Positions 11,252-24,702 of a stretch of DNA of 64,000 bases are shown here, one piece after another. The notes beneath the pieces are model-generated. The model was not told where the DNA came from, made no database searches, and worked only from the letters and a program-made list of their open reading frames with translations. Within the stretch, counting starts at the first letter, position 1. Each line of letters begins with the position of its first letter. Origin of the DNA: Utricularia gibba (lineage: Eukaryota; Plantae; Magnoliophyta); the NCBI GenBank assembly GCA_002189035.1, contig NEEC01000013.1, forward strand, positions 868,001 to 932,000, read 5' to 3'. The position numbers and the translations under genes were made by a program.

Positions 11252-13149
11252 GGTACCAAAGCCAAAGCCTACTTTCATTCAATGAACCCAGCTGCTTGAG
11301 TGACATGATGTATCCACGGAAACATTTTTTTGTAGATGCGTCTCTTTGACTAGAGGCAGGTAAAGAAGCACAGTAGTCCTGTGGAAAGCATATTGTTACT
11401 CGTGGTTACATTTTCTGGTCGAAAATTGATTACAGAAAGGATTGCGTGTTCTGTTTCAGTGTTCAGCATATCCATTTCTGGTCAGCATCATTGCAAACTA
11501 TCTGAAATATCACTTCAGATGTGCAAGATACCTATTCCAAAGCAGCCCAGCCACCTGAGAGGAATCAAGAGATCTTTGCTGGTGCTGGCTCGGATATTGG
11601 GATGACGAAATAAGGCTGCCTGAAGCAGTGAGGCGTTTTGTAGCACCATGGAAGGCTTCTATCAGCTGCACTCACCTCTGCTGACAGATGTCCAGCCACC
11701 ATAGTAGCATGTTGCATGGACATACAGAACTGATGGATTTAGGTTCATTTAATTTGAGTTTTTGCTTGAAAAATATGTTGACAGCATTGAGTTGAGAGAC
11801 GCTCTCTTCAGTACATAAGACAGCTTTGCCATTCATCTGTCACCACTGAGCGAGAGGAAATGCAATTTGCATTGGAATTCTTTAGCTTCTGTTGGTAGAT
11901 GTTACTCAGCACCCCTAGGCGTAGCATAACAGGCACACGAATCCTGAGCCTGTGAGATTGCAGCTGCCTCCATTGTGTTGCATTCATCATCAAGTTTTCC
12001 AAACGAGCAGCCATCCTGCGGATGATTCCCATCCTGGTACCAAGCAACGATTCAATGGCTTGGAACTCATCGAAAGTGTTGCAACGAACATAGGGACTAT
12101 CACAGAAAACGGACGAGGAGAGATGCTCGTTACATTCCCATCCTGCAAGGGCAGCCCAATGCGAGGAGTGATTTAGAAATTTGGATGCATTATGTGTGTG
12201 GAAAAATTAGTTATCTTCATTGGTAATTTTTTAATTTAGTATGAGAGAGAAAAAAATAAATATGATTAAATTTGTAAATGATCTCAATACTAATATTAAA
12301 ATTAGCCACCTGCAATTTTACTAAAAATTGTACATTTAATTTGGAATAATTGATTATTACTATTTAATTTATTAAATATATTTATTTTTCAAAATTTGAT
12401 GCATAACGTATATTTAATCATCAATATTTTTTATTTTAATATTTTATATTTGTATCATTTGAATATTATGTATATTTGATTTATATTATTTAAATGTTCT
12501 ATTACCCAATTATTTGCATATCCAACAAATTGCATCTGATCATTTTCAATATGTTGACAAAATGTGCATGGAGGATATATGTTTTTCTTAGCCTTGATTC
12601 CTTTGTGCTTGTCATGAGGTCTCTCAAGTCTTTGATGGTATTGAAGCTCTAGAATCTAGATGCGAGAAAAGCAGGATGATTGTAGGCCATATGAGCATTG
12701 TAAGAGAAGGTCTATTATATCTTAAGAATTTAATAAAATAATTGTATTTAATTTTTGAATATTCTAATTTTCAATTGTTTTGTAGTAAAATTAAAATTTC
12801 ATATTTTATGATTAATTTTAGAAATTATTGAATTACTTGAATTTATATTTTATTCATTAAATAATATTAATTTAAAAAAATTATACTATTTACTTTTTAT
12901 CTATTAGTAAAAATATATTTTATATTATAATATTAAATTATATAATAATTATATTAAAAAAAATTTACAATTTTAAGTATAATACTATTCACATAATCTT
13001 AAAAATATGACTTCAAATTATATAACAGCTCCATAATTATCCCTTGCAATCTTATTTTCCAAAGGTTAGAGTGAACAATGTGGAAGTTTCAAGGATATAG
13101 AAAACTTAATCTTAGTCACTACGGATCACTAACTTAGACATTTAGTACA

Positions 13150-13480
13150 CACATTACTTTATGGTTTTTCAAGGCATCATCTTTAGGTTTCCTAGCTCTT
13201 GCTCAAGGTTGGTGATTGATTGCCATTTGAGTGCTCATCTACTTCAAATTCCACTTAACTTGAGCCCATATTTCCTTAGTCGTAGCATAGGTCATCACTT
13301 GCTTTGTTTGAGTCACAACGTAGATAGATGGTTCAAGAACTGAAGTATTATTCTCTGCAACATACTAAAGTTTTATAGCATTTAAATTTTCTTTCATGTG
13401 CAATTCTAAGACTGCATAATCTCCTCCATCAAATTTCTAGACTGCACAAGACGTTGTGGCATCCATATCAAGGTTCAAAA
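13150..13480 (-). mobile_element. Short copia gag N-terminal remnant
   Basis: Minus strand reads KFDGGDYAVLELHMKENLNAIKL and QVMTYATTKEIWAQVK, resembling copia gag starts. Highly degraded. Confidence 0.4.
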
Positions 13481-14948
13481 GCAGTAGAGTGAAAGATCGT
13501 GTTGGGTGCAAACAAGCTGTAATAGAATTGAAGGATCGAATTATGATATTTGTTAGTGTTTTCATGATGGATCCCTCCACATGAGGTTTATAGAATCAAA
13601 TGTGTGATTGATGGCCAAACAACGTTTCAGTGTTGACTTGAGTTCAATGTCTAGTTAAGGTGATAAATTGTGTTGATCCTAGTTTCGGTTCATCAACAAC
13701 AATGATAAATATACAAAAAAAGAAAATTTAAAGTTTCTTAATATAAAATAAATCTTTTCAATATGGCTCAACTACAACACCCAGCCCTTTTATTGGGATC
13801 ATAAGTGCATTGCAACATCTCAAGCAAAACCATCAATTTATTCCCCATCTTCGCATGGAGCTCAACAATGAGGCGCTCATCAGGAGACAATGCTACAGCA
13901 ACACCAACGGGGGAAAATAAAGTGATTTTTACTTGTTTTTACATTAAATATATAATATCTAACTCCTTTACACCTAACAATAATATTTAGATACCTTAAA
14001 TCGTATCACATAAATTTATTCAAGTGATGTCACATTCTTCCGTAATGTAGGCTTTCGAGCAATGTTAATATCTCATATCAATAATATGCGTTGTTGATTC
14101 AAACATGAGAATGTTCATTGTGACATCTGATGTCAAACACTTCTTAAATTCATTATCAATAAAAGAGAATAAATAAAAGCAACAGTTAAATATATTATGA
14201 TAGTTAATCATAATATTTTATCTGTGAATATTTTTAATAAATTTTTTACCAAAAATAATTTGTTTCATTAATCTAATTTTAATATGTTCCAAAAAAATAG
14301 AGATTAAGTAATAAAAAAACACAAAACAAATATGACTTTTGGGCATATCAGTCCACCACCTTGGAGCGTTCTCCTCTCCGCGCTTCTTAACATAACCAAA
14401 ATCTCATCTTCTGCAGATGTCGATGGAACTTTTCTCAATATATTGCTTTCATGAACCGATGGCGAATCAAGGCTTCCATTGAGCCCTCCCCGTCTTATTA
14501 TTTTCACACTTCTTTCTCATTTCCTGAACTTGAAAGACAAACACGAGCATTAAGCATACTACATTGCACAGTATAGAACAGTACAAATGGTACCTGTGTA
14601 ATCCACCCATATTTTGAAGAAAAGTTTGAGGTAAATTCACTTACCTTCATGCCTCAGCTACCAATCGATTTTCTGGGCCACTCAAAACCGGTGGAAGAAG
14701 AATTGAAGATCTGTGATGCTGGAATCTTTTTTGCCGAGAGCAACAGGGACGAATGCAGTGAGTTTCATGAATAAGAGATGAAAAGTGAGCAGACCCATTT
14801 AGAGAAGCAAAGCGTGATGCGTTTAAGGATAAAGAAAGTAGATTATATTATAGATGACAAAAAAAAAAATCAGTTCTTTTTATAGTTTTGAGTTTTCGCA
14901 AGTTTTTATTTTTAAGAATTGCTTAAAACCAAATCCAGGTGAAGGGAA

Positions 14949-17565
14949 ATGGTGGTGGTGATACCGTTGCTGTTGATCGGCTGCGGCGGCGTGGGCCGTC
15001 AGCTTCTCCAACATATCGTATCTTGCCGGGGCCTCCATTACAGCCATGTTAGTGAAGAATCTAGATTGCATTTGCTGTGTTTTTTTTTTTTTTTTTCTTT
15101 TGGCTCTCTTATCTTTTGACGGTACAGGGGGTTGCGCTGAGGGTGATCGGGGTTTGTGATAGTAAGCACATGGTCCTTGATTCTGATGTTTTGTCATCGG
15201 GATTTGGCGATGAGTTTTTGCTGAAAATTTGCGAATTGAAGTCGGGCCTCGGCTCTAGTTCCTCACTGCAAGAGCTTTCTGGTTCTGGTGGGTACTTTTA
15301 TCACCCCATTTCTGTTCGCTGAAATGCCTCAAAACCGGAAAGTTGCGCATTTAACTCTAGTAACTGGTGTTATTCGTTTGCTGAAATTTAGGTGAATGCC
15401 TGGTCTTTTCGGGCCAAGAAGTTGCTAAGAAAGTTTTACAATTGGCTTCTGATCTTGGCAAATCGAGTGGTAGGAGTTTGTGAGATTTATGCATCAATTT
15501 TTAGAACAATGGGTTCTTTTCTCCGAATATCTTGTTGAACTTGATAGGTTCCTCCGGGGTTGCACTTGTTGACTGCTCCGCGAGCTCTGAAACCGTGACG
15601 CTGTTGGCTAAAGCTGTAGAGTTTGGATGTTGTGTGGTTCTGGCAAACAAAAAGCCACTAACTTGTGCATTGGTACCAGACTTTTGGAATTTTTGCTTCT
15701 TGTAAATGGGGAAATGCGAAGTTAGCATTTACTTCGGTTCTCCTATGATCCTCTGCTTGATCTCTGACCCACATGGTTAAATCCTGTTCAGGAAAATTAC
15801 GTGAAGTTAGTTTCACAGCCTCGTTACATTCGACATGAGTCAACGGTAAGTGTTACTAGGACTTTCTATTTAGCTTATTAACCTTTTTCATTTGATGATG
15901 AAACCTGATCACCCAGAAACGTATATTATTCACAATGAAATGTCCAGTCGTTATAGTATTTGCACCCTATGTACACTCATTATAATTCACCCATCTGCTC
16001 TTCAATTATTCCTTCCATGGGAGATATGTTTCCTCATGTTGACTGAGCACTATACTTGAACTAATGAATAGTTAGCTATGTGAGGCAACTAGAATATATA
16101 GGAAAGAGATCTCGGGTCAGCTATAGAGACGGTAATCATTCATGGAAAGTAGTTTAGTTTTGCGTGTGCACTTTTGCAGCACTCTGTTTTGTCTGTCCCC
16201 ATTTCTACTGCTCACTGATACACAATCAACATCATACCTTAAAATTATTTTTCTTTCTTGGTGTTATTTCTTCTAGGTTGGTGCTGGTCTTCCCATAATA
16301 TCCAGTGTGAATCGGCTTCTCTCATCAGGAGACACAATCTTTCGTATTATTGGAAGTTTGAGTGGTCAATTTACACTACAGAAATCTCTTAATCGAACCT
16401 TATATTGCCGGTCTTCATTACAAACAATATCATAAAGTGAGTAAGCTTCCCCCACGTCTGGTTATTGTAGGTACTTTGGGTTATGTGATGAGTGAAGTGG
16501 AAAGGGGGCAACCCTTCAGCCAAGTTGTCATCTCTGCGAAAAGTCTTGGATACACTGAGCCCGGTATGTGCTGCAAAAAGGCTCAAAAATCTTGCTTGAA
16601 TGTTGTTACCTCTTTTGCAGTTTTCGTCTAGATATTTAACGATCTTAGTATCATACATTGTCTCAGATCCTAGAGATGATCTCAGTGGGATGGATGTGGC
16701 TAGAAAGGTACAAAGCATATCCCCTCCATATGATCCACCCTCCCCTATCTCACAGGGTTAACAAGTTGTAGTGCAGGCACTAATTCTTGCTCGGTTACTT
16801 GGTTATCGTATCGACTTAGAAAGCATCAAGGTGACCTCCCTTATTTGATTTCATACTCACATCTTTCATTGAACACGACTGCAACAAGTTTCAGACTAAT
16901 GGTAGTCCTCTGGAAGATCGAGAGCTTGTATCCTGATGAAATGGGACTTGGTGTAATGCCCCTGGAAGACTTTCTACTGCGGGGTCTTCCAGAGCTTGAT
17001 ACCCAGATTAAAAAACGGATCGATAAAGCTGCCTCCAACAGCAACGTTCTGCGATATGCATGTTTGATCGAGGATTCTAGGTACATAAGTTCCTTCTCGG
17101 ATTCTCAAAAATGCCAGAGTTTCGATCCCATTGCATGATGAAATGAAGCTTTATGGTGCAATGGTGTGCCTCAGGTGCGAGGTTGGCATCAAGGAAGTTC
17201 CAAGGGACTCCGCTCTGGGAAGATTGAAGGGAAGCGACAACGTTGTAAGCACTTCTCCACGAGCTCAATCTTATTTATGACTGCACATCATGTCGTGAAT
17301 GCATCCAGCCATGAACTTCTAGGCTCAATGATCCCTGTGTTTATTGCTTTCAATCAAACTCGTGTATAAGTCTTCTCATGCTCTGCAGTTGGAGATTTAT
17401 AGCCGGTGCTACAGAAAGCAGCCGTTGGTCATTCAAGGTGCTGGTGCCGGCAACGACACCACCGCCGCCGGAGTTCTCGCCGATATCCTTGATCTGCAAG
17501 ACCTATTCAGGCCGTCGACGCAGACAACTCCGGCATATTTTCCGGCCCCTCCTCCAGGTTTATGA
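14949..17565 (+). CDS. Monofunctional homoserine dehydrogenase (no aspartate kinase domain), 12 coding exons traced, reading frame intact
   Basis: Exon 1 [26 protein letters not shown] (Rossmann GxGxxG). Later exons give [33 protein letters not shown]|[12 protein letters not shown]|GTLGY, GYTEP|[14 protein letters not shown]|[23 protein letters not shown]|LEIYSRCY and [21 protein letters not shown]. All introns GT-AG and in phase. Confidence 0.92.
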
Positions 17566-18429
17566 GGACGGTTGTTTCTTGCTGTTTATCTGGAGTTCAT
17601 GCGTGTTAAGCATTGACCAATGCATTCTACACATTCCATCCCAATGAGCGTTATCAACTTCAATTTGATCTGATTGTTGATTTTTTTTTTTCTAATCAGC
17701 AAATATTTTTTTAATATTTTTTACAATAAAAAGAGTTTAAAATATTTAATTTTAAATATAAATGTTAAATGAGCAAATTGTTCACTCCAAACAAATTTAA
17801 ATCATAAAATATATTGGTATTTCTTGTGAATAACAATTAGTAGCTTATATATTATATTTTTTTCAGTGACTTACATGATCAACATTTAATTTATTTGAAC
17901 TACTAAACATTTTTTTAATTAAAAAATCTAACAACACCATATAAAAACGACTTTAATAGTGTTGTTTGGTAATGTTTATTATGAAAAAAACTATGATCAT
18001 ATTCATATCTTATATTGATTCCAATGTAGATGTAATCTATTACTACATTATCATTCCAAATGATTTTAAAAATCACTCACATCCTCATATTTAATTAAAG
18101 TATGGAAAATTAATTCCTTTTACATTTTATATTCTTCACACATAATAGGATTTATTAATTATCATTTATTCAAATTCTTTAAGAATGATAGAACATTATT
18201 AACTCCTCCTCATATATGAAAATTCAATATTTCTAGATACTCATCTCTTCCAATTCGTACTCTATATTTGACATGTCTCATTTTATTCTCGCTGTTATTG
18301 GTAATATAAAACACAAGATTTTACCACTAAAACTTTTTTTACTTTGTGTCAACATTCATACTGATTTATGTTCTTATTAATTCAGCACAATGTAGGAGGT
18401 CACCCAATCCATGTTGATCGATCAAATAT

Positions 18430-20753
18430 TGTTAAGTGTTATTTTCTAGTTTATTATTAAGTATTATTATGTGTTAATCTAGTATTAAGTTATCCAATTT
18501 AAGATTTATATTGATAAATATTCTATTTCCTTAAAAAAAATCTTATTTTCTATTTTATATATATTTTCTTTATCTTTTTCGTGCACTTTGACCAAAATAT
18601 ATCAGGAGGCGGTCATGGAGTATTGCAGGATGCTTATAGGAGACCAGAATCTGACTTTTCGTGTCTTGCACGCTACTTGAAACAATTGTGAGTGAAAGAC
18701 TGACACTAGTCAAGGCCCTTAACTTACGGCATGTCAGAGTTTGCAGCAATGATTGGTCGTTAACTTGCACGTAAGGAAAAATTGGTGGCGCACACAAGAC
18801 AGAAGGAATGATGGGAAAAGAACTAGAAGGAGTTAATGCACGTGGAAAGTGATATAAAATCAACTTGAAACACTTATTTTTGGACTTTTGACATGTTGAC
18901 ACTTTACTTTGAGACTTAGAACTTTCGGGTTCTTTCTTGAAAGAGGAAGAACGCTTTAGTTTTAATTTTCGTTTCTGTTTTCATGGCCCTTTGTGGCTAA
19001 ACCTCTTTAGTTTCTGGGAGTAAATGAAGTTTCCTTCCAAGTCTTGAGCACTAAACTTGGTTCTTCGCTGAATTCACTTCGCATTTTGCATACTTCCACG
19101 CGTCATGTCGCAGTCTTTCTATAACGACTCCTAGTCACGGTCCATAAGTAACAGGCCACTCCTTGCGGATCTTGATGAAGAGCAAGGTGAAGAGCACCAA
19201 CTCCAACCCTATCAATTTGAGGGAAGTAGTGAATTGTTCATGACTGAGGTACCACGACAGTGGACGAGTACTGACCACGTGCTTGCCACTAGTCATTGGC
19301 AACAGTTGGGAACACGCATACAATTCGGTTTTGACGGCATTGACGGCAATCCTCTTGTCTTTTCAATTGTCTAAGGAAGAATCACATGAGGTTATTCCCA
19401 TGCTTCCTTGTTGATCAGAGTGTAAGATAGAGTAGGTGATGACACACGTTTTCTTTGAATTTTATCATGCAAAATGGTCATGTTTTATTGTGGTTTAGAT
19501 TAGGTATATGTGGTTTTTCATGTTTTATGTGTTGTTTATGTTAATTTTGTGTTTATGCTGAAAAGTGAACTAAATCCTTTGATTTAGTCCACACCCTTGT
19601 TACTAATGTTTAATTAAGTGCAGCAGGAGGATTCACATCAAATCAGACTCACAAATGTGTGGAACAAGTAGAAAAGGACACAATATCCGAAGAAAGACAA
19701 AGATCACTGTTCTGCCGCCCATAGTCTGCAAGTTCAGGCCGAAAACAGTGCTGATGTCAAAAACAGTGCATTGGAGTAAAGGAGGGGAGATATTTTTCGA
19801 AAAAGAGAAGGGGCGAGAGAGGGAGCGAACAGAGAGCACACGAGGGGGCTTCTCCTCTTCCCCAAGATGAAGAACACTGACGAGAAGAGAAGATGAGCTT
19901 CATCCTCAAGAACAGCACCAGAGCCCAGTCCAGCGCTATTGTTCCAGGTCATGAATAGTAGCAACGAGACAACATAACAATCTTTATTTCCTTTCCGTTT
20001 ACTGAACGTTTTGAGTTTTTGTATCTGACTTACTTCCAATGTTTCTGTTATTTTCGCCACATTATCTAAATGAAATCATGTCTTATTTTCCATGTATGAG
20101 TAGCTAAAACTTTAAGGATACCTTAAGGAAAAGCATGGTAGTGTGGATCCAGGTTAATAATGAAATTTATGATTGTTTCTTAGTTCTTATTTCTATCATT
20201 CTATGGGTAGACCTAAGGAGGGAAATAAGTAACTTCGCAACTAAGATGCTTGATTTAGAGGTAGACCAACAAATCAAGGCGGGAGTAGTAGTTATTAGTC
20301 CAAGATAGAACTAGTAGAACGAGGTAGACCTAGTTCTATATACTTTATATGCGGGTAGACCTAATTGCAATGTTGGTAATGATATTTGGGACTAGCTTAT
20401 CTGAAAATATAATGAATGACCTGGGTAGACTTAGGTTGTTTGAAGTTGTGAGTATATGAACATGGTATATTGAATTAGGCATCTTAGCACCACACTATCT
20501 TCATCGTTGAGACTTGATCTTGTTTGTTAAACTTGTTTATTACTGTTAGTTTGAGCTTAGACTAAGATCCACCCGTATTCCGAATTCTGCATTTGCTGAA
20601 ACACTTAGCAAGCACAAGTTCCTCGTAATCGACCCCGAAATCCACTATACAAGTTTTCTAAATTTTTATTTTGTGTAAATTAGAGCTTATAAATTTATTT
20701 GATACGAAAATTTGGTTTTATTGCAACAACATTGCTAAAATTTCCATTTATCA
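18430..20753 (+). repeat. 5' LTR (~2.3 kb) of Athila-type Ty3/gypsy element
   Basis: Starts TGTTAAGTG (18430) and ends TCA (20753), directly followed by a tRNA-Asp-type PBS and gag. Its 5' end is homologous to the inverted copy at 23271-23708. Confidence 0.7.
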
Positions 20754-20756
20754 AAT

Positions 20757-20774
20757 TGGCGCCATTGCCGGAGA
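20757..20774 (+). promoter_or_regulatory. Primer binding site (tRNA-Asp type) of Athila element
   Basis: TGGCGCCATTGCCGGAGA versus the typical Athila PBS TGGCGCCGTTGCCGGGGA. Confidence 0.8.
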
Positions 20775-20801
20775 GCGGTGTTTAATTGTTTTGTGTTTTA
20801 G

Positions 20802-23270
20802 TTGATGCATTTACGTTCTTCTGGTGCAGGTAATCTCGTTTTCTTCCCAGAAATTGAGAGAGCTATCAACAAGAACAGGGTAAGAGTGAAGGAGGCAAGC
20901 AAAGCAAAGCTACTCCCACCGACAACCAACAGTGATTTCAGAATGGCTGAACCTAAGAAGACCTGGAACAAATTAGATGTCGCTGATCACACTTACAGGG
21001 GTCTATGCATCAGATTTTTAGAGGATGGAGCAAATGAGCTGAAACCAGCGATGATCAATTTCTTGCCCAAATTCTATGGAAAAATTGAAGAGAACTCCCA
21101 TGAGCATGTAGACAACGTGACAGCGGTATGCCTATCATTCAAGGGAGTTGGAATGACTAAAGATTCAATTTGTTTAAGAGCCTTCCAATTTACTTTGGAA
21201 GGAGGAGCCAAAACGTGGTTCAACTCACTAAGGCTTTGAAGCGTAACTGATTGGGCTGGAATGAAGAAGGTGTTTTTGAGTAAATATTTTCCAGCTTCCA
21301 AGGTTAAAGGGATAAGAAAAGAAATTAGTGATGTTAAACAAATGAGTGGAGAATCATTGCACGAATATTTCTAAGATGGATTGCTGCTATGTTTGAAATG
21401 ATGAAGGAGCTATTCTTATTCAAGGCTAAGAACATGTCGTGCGGAAATTGTAATAGAACAGGGCATGTTGCGGACAAGAGCCTAGATTTATTTGAAGAAG
21501 AGCACGTCAAAGCTATGGGATATTTGGAGCCCCAGTAGAGGAAGAAATATGATCCATATTCTAACACATACAATTCAGGCTGGAGGGATCATCCAAATTT
21601 TCGTTGGAGCAACAATGAAAATTCTTACAAAGGGGAGAGCTCAACAATGGGGCAGCAAAATTTTCAAGAGCAAAGATCTTATTAGGCGCCTCCATTTCGA
21701 AGGAAAAATCAACAAAACCAGCAGCCATTTCAAGTCTCAAATCAAGGCAATGCAGGAGGGAATTCTGGAAATTTGTTGGAAAAAATGTTGAAGACATTCA
21801 TGGCGCAATCAGTTAATGATCAAGCTGAAAATCAACAAGCAATCTGGAATTTAGAGGTTTAAGTGAGTCAGCTAGCAGCAGAACTTGGAGACCTGAAACA
21901 AAAAGGGAGCTTGCCATCTCAACCCAAGTCAAACTCAAATTCCAATGGAGGGCCAAACATCAGTGCCATGACATTGAGAAGTGGAAAAGAGAAGCCTGGA
22001 CGACAACTAGTCCAGCCTGAGATTATGGAGAATGAGACAGAGGAGTATGAAATTGTTGTGCAAAGTGAAGACGAAATTGAAGTACTACCAGAACCTGTCA
22101 CGGTGAAGGTGACCCAGCCTCCTTTTCCAGGAAGGCTGAAGCTGAAAGATGAGCAAACGAAGAAGGAAAAAATGTTGAAAACATTGGGAAACACTCAATT
22201 GAATTTAACCCTCTTGAAGTATATTGATCTTGTGTCAAAGAGTGTCAAATATTTGAAGCAGGTGTGTATGTCTAAACCCAAACTGAAAGGGAAGGGCAAG
22301 GTGACATTAAGTGAAAACTGCTCAGCATTTTTAACATGGAAAGTACCCAAGAAACGTAAGGATCCAGGTACGTTTTTTATCCCATGCAAAATAGGAGATT
22401 TGTGTATCAAGAGAGCCATGGCAGACCTAGGAGCTTGATGGCATTGAAGGGATTTGCCCATCTATATTCATGCACAGAATTTTTCTAGAGGATGGTGCAA
22501 AACCAATTCGTCAACCTCAAAGACGCCTCAACCCAAACATGATGGAGGTGGTAAGAAAAAAAATTGTTAAACTTCATGATGCAGGGATTATTTACTCAAT
22601 CACAGATGGTGAATGAATGAGCCCTATTCACGTGGTGTCAAAGAAGACAGAGATGACTGTGATAGAGAATGAGAAAGGCGAGCTTGTTCCACAAAGGGTG
22701 CAAAATGGATGGCGCGTTCACATAGATTATCGAAAATTAAATGAAGTGACAAAGAAAAACCATTATCCTTTGCCTTTTATTAATCATATGTTGGAAAAAT
22801 TGGCAAGAAAATCATTTTATTCTTTTTTGGATAGATATTCTGAATATAATCAAGTTCTTATTTAAGGGTAGGACCAAGACAACCTTAATATGTCCATTTA
22901 GAACTTATGCTTATAGGAGGATGCCTTTTGGATTGTGTAACACTCCAGCCACATTTCAGAGGTTTATGACAAGTATTTTCTCTAATTTTTGTGATGATTT
23001 TATTGAAATATTTATAGATGATTTTACGGTATATGGAGAAAATTTTGAATCATGCTTAGACCATTTGGATCAGGTTTTAAAGAAATGTGTGGAAAAGAAT
23101 TTGGTTTTAAATTCTGAAAAATGTCATTTTATGGTGAATCATGAAATTGTTTTGGGACATGTGATTTCTAAAAAATGAATTGAGGTAAATAAAACAAAAA
23201 TTAAGATTATGTCTGAGCTTTCTTATCCTATTGATATGAAAGGTATTAGATCATTTTTAGGCCCATTTAG
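20802..23270 (+). pseudogene. Athila gag, protease region and RT (degenerate, truncated at IRSFLG)
   Basis: LRSSGAGNLVFFPEIER, ELKPAMINFLPKFYG, LRAFQFTLEGGAKTWF (gag); PKKRKDPGTFFIPCKIG and AMADLGA (protease); GWRVHIDYRKLNEVTKKNHYPLPFI, MPFGLCNTPATFQR, EIFIDDFTVYG (RT). Confidence 0.9.
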
Positions 23271-23708
23271 TGATTGCTTGTAGTTGCTCCCTACAAAATA
23301 AATCACTTGCAAGTATTGACACAATTCTAAATACCAACAAAAAAAAAATATGCAGCACACGTATACGCCACGGGATAACCATAAGTCAATCATTGCTGCA
23401 GACTCTGACATGCCATAAGTCAAGGGCCTTGACCAGTATCAGTCTTCCGCCCACAATTGTTCCAAGTCGTGTACAAGACACGAAAAGTCAGAGTCTGACC
23501 TCCTGCAATACTCCTACAACACTCAATCTCTTGACATGTTTTGGTCAAAAAGCACGAAAAAAAGAAAGAAAATATATAAAAAAATAAGAAAATAGGATTT
23601 TTTTTAAGGAAATACAATATTTATTAATACACATCCTAAATTAGGCAACTTAGCACTAAATTAATACATAATAATACATAATAATAAGCTAGAAAATGAC
23701 ACTTAACA
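23271..23708 (-). mobile_element. Inverted, internally deleted Athila-type LTR inserted in the RT region
   Basis: Minus strand starts TGTTAAGTGTCATTTTCTAG and ends GCAATCA. About 330 nt align in reverse complement with 18430-18760. No TSD found. Confidence 0.7.
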
Positions 23709-23739
23709 ACAACAATAATTTCAATACATATAATCAATA

Positions 23740-24180
23740 AGAGTATTGAATAAAAATATTCAATAAGACTAAACTTGATAAATATATAATCAATAAGAAT
23801 AGATTAAAAAATATTCAATAAGAATATATTTAATAAGAATAAACTAAAAAAAGTATTCAATAAAAATAGATTGAATAAAAGATTTAAAAAATATATCCTT
23901 CAAAAATATTGAATAATAACAGATTAAAAAAATTCAACAAACAAATTCAATTAGATTAGATTGAATAAAAGTATATTTCAAAAAATATTCAATAAAAACT
24001 AACTTTGATAAAATTAAATTCAATAAAAATATTCAATAGAACTATTTAATAAAATAGATTTAATAAGATTAGAATAAAAAAAACACTCAATCATGATACA
24101 CTCAATAAAAACATTCAATATAAATATTCAATAAAAATATTCACATAAAAATATTCAATAAAATATTGAAAATTTTTATT
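23740..24180. repeat. AT-rich degenerate minisatellite (AATAAAAATATTCAATAA / AATAGATTGAATAAAA-like units)
   Basis: Many imperfect copies of TATTCAATAA and ATTGAATAAAA visible in the sequence. Confidence 0.7.
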
Positions 24181-24353
24181 TATATTTCTTCTAGCAATAC
24201 AATGAAAGATTTACCTTTCGCCTTGCTTGCTTCGCTCGAATGAGGATGCATTTGAGGAAATTTGGTTTTCGTTGGAGTATGTATCGAAACAAAACTTATC
24301 AACCATTCTTCAAATCCTCTTCTCACATCCTTCATTAGCACCAAACCTTTTTT

Positions 24354-24702
24354 TCACTTTAGGGTGTAGTGGTTCTTGTTTGGAATTCTAGAGCATACAC
24401 TCACAGCAAATAAATAACAAAGCTCCACCTCAAGAAATAACTCCTCACAAAAACTAACAAAGACCAATACATATGAGATAGATCTTGGAGTCAAATGAGA
24501 TAAAGTAAACTCTAAACATTCTAATATTTCTTCTAAAAATGGCAATAATGGTAAGCGCAAACCACAACGAAAATGCTCTTTGTCCCATTGGACTCACACG
24601 GTTTGGAATTTCACTCTCAATCAACTCATCTGGTTCTTTATCCCAAATCTCATATTCATCTCTTATCAAGAATCTAATTCTCAATTTTTTAGAACTGTGC
24701 AT
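24354..24702 (-). mobile_element. Fragment of a 'putative gypsy-type transposon' (Transposase_28-like) ORF
   Basis: LPLLPFLEEILECLEFTLSHLTPRSISYVLVFVSFCEEL resembles the LPLHPF..L....L..SQLTPNS motif of Tat/Retand accessory ORFs. Frameshifted. Confidence 0.5.

Noticed and set aside
18570-18902. Similar ~105-aa ORFs at 18570-18902 (-) and 23270-23587 (+)
   Set aside because: The similarity simply reflects the homologous LTR copies. No domain, and the frames differ at both ends, so no evidence of an LTR-encoded protein.
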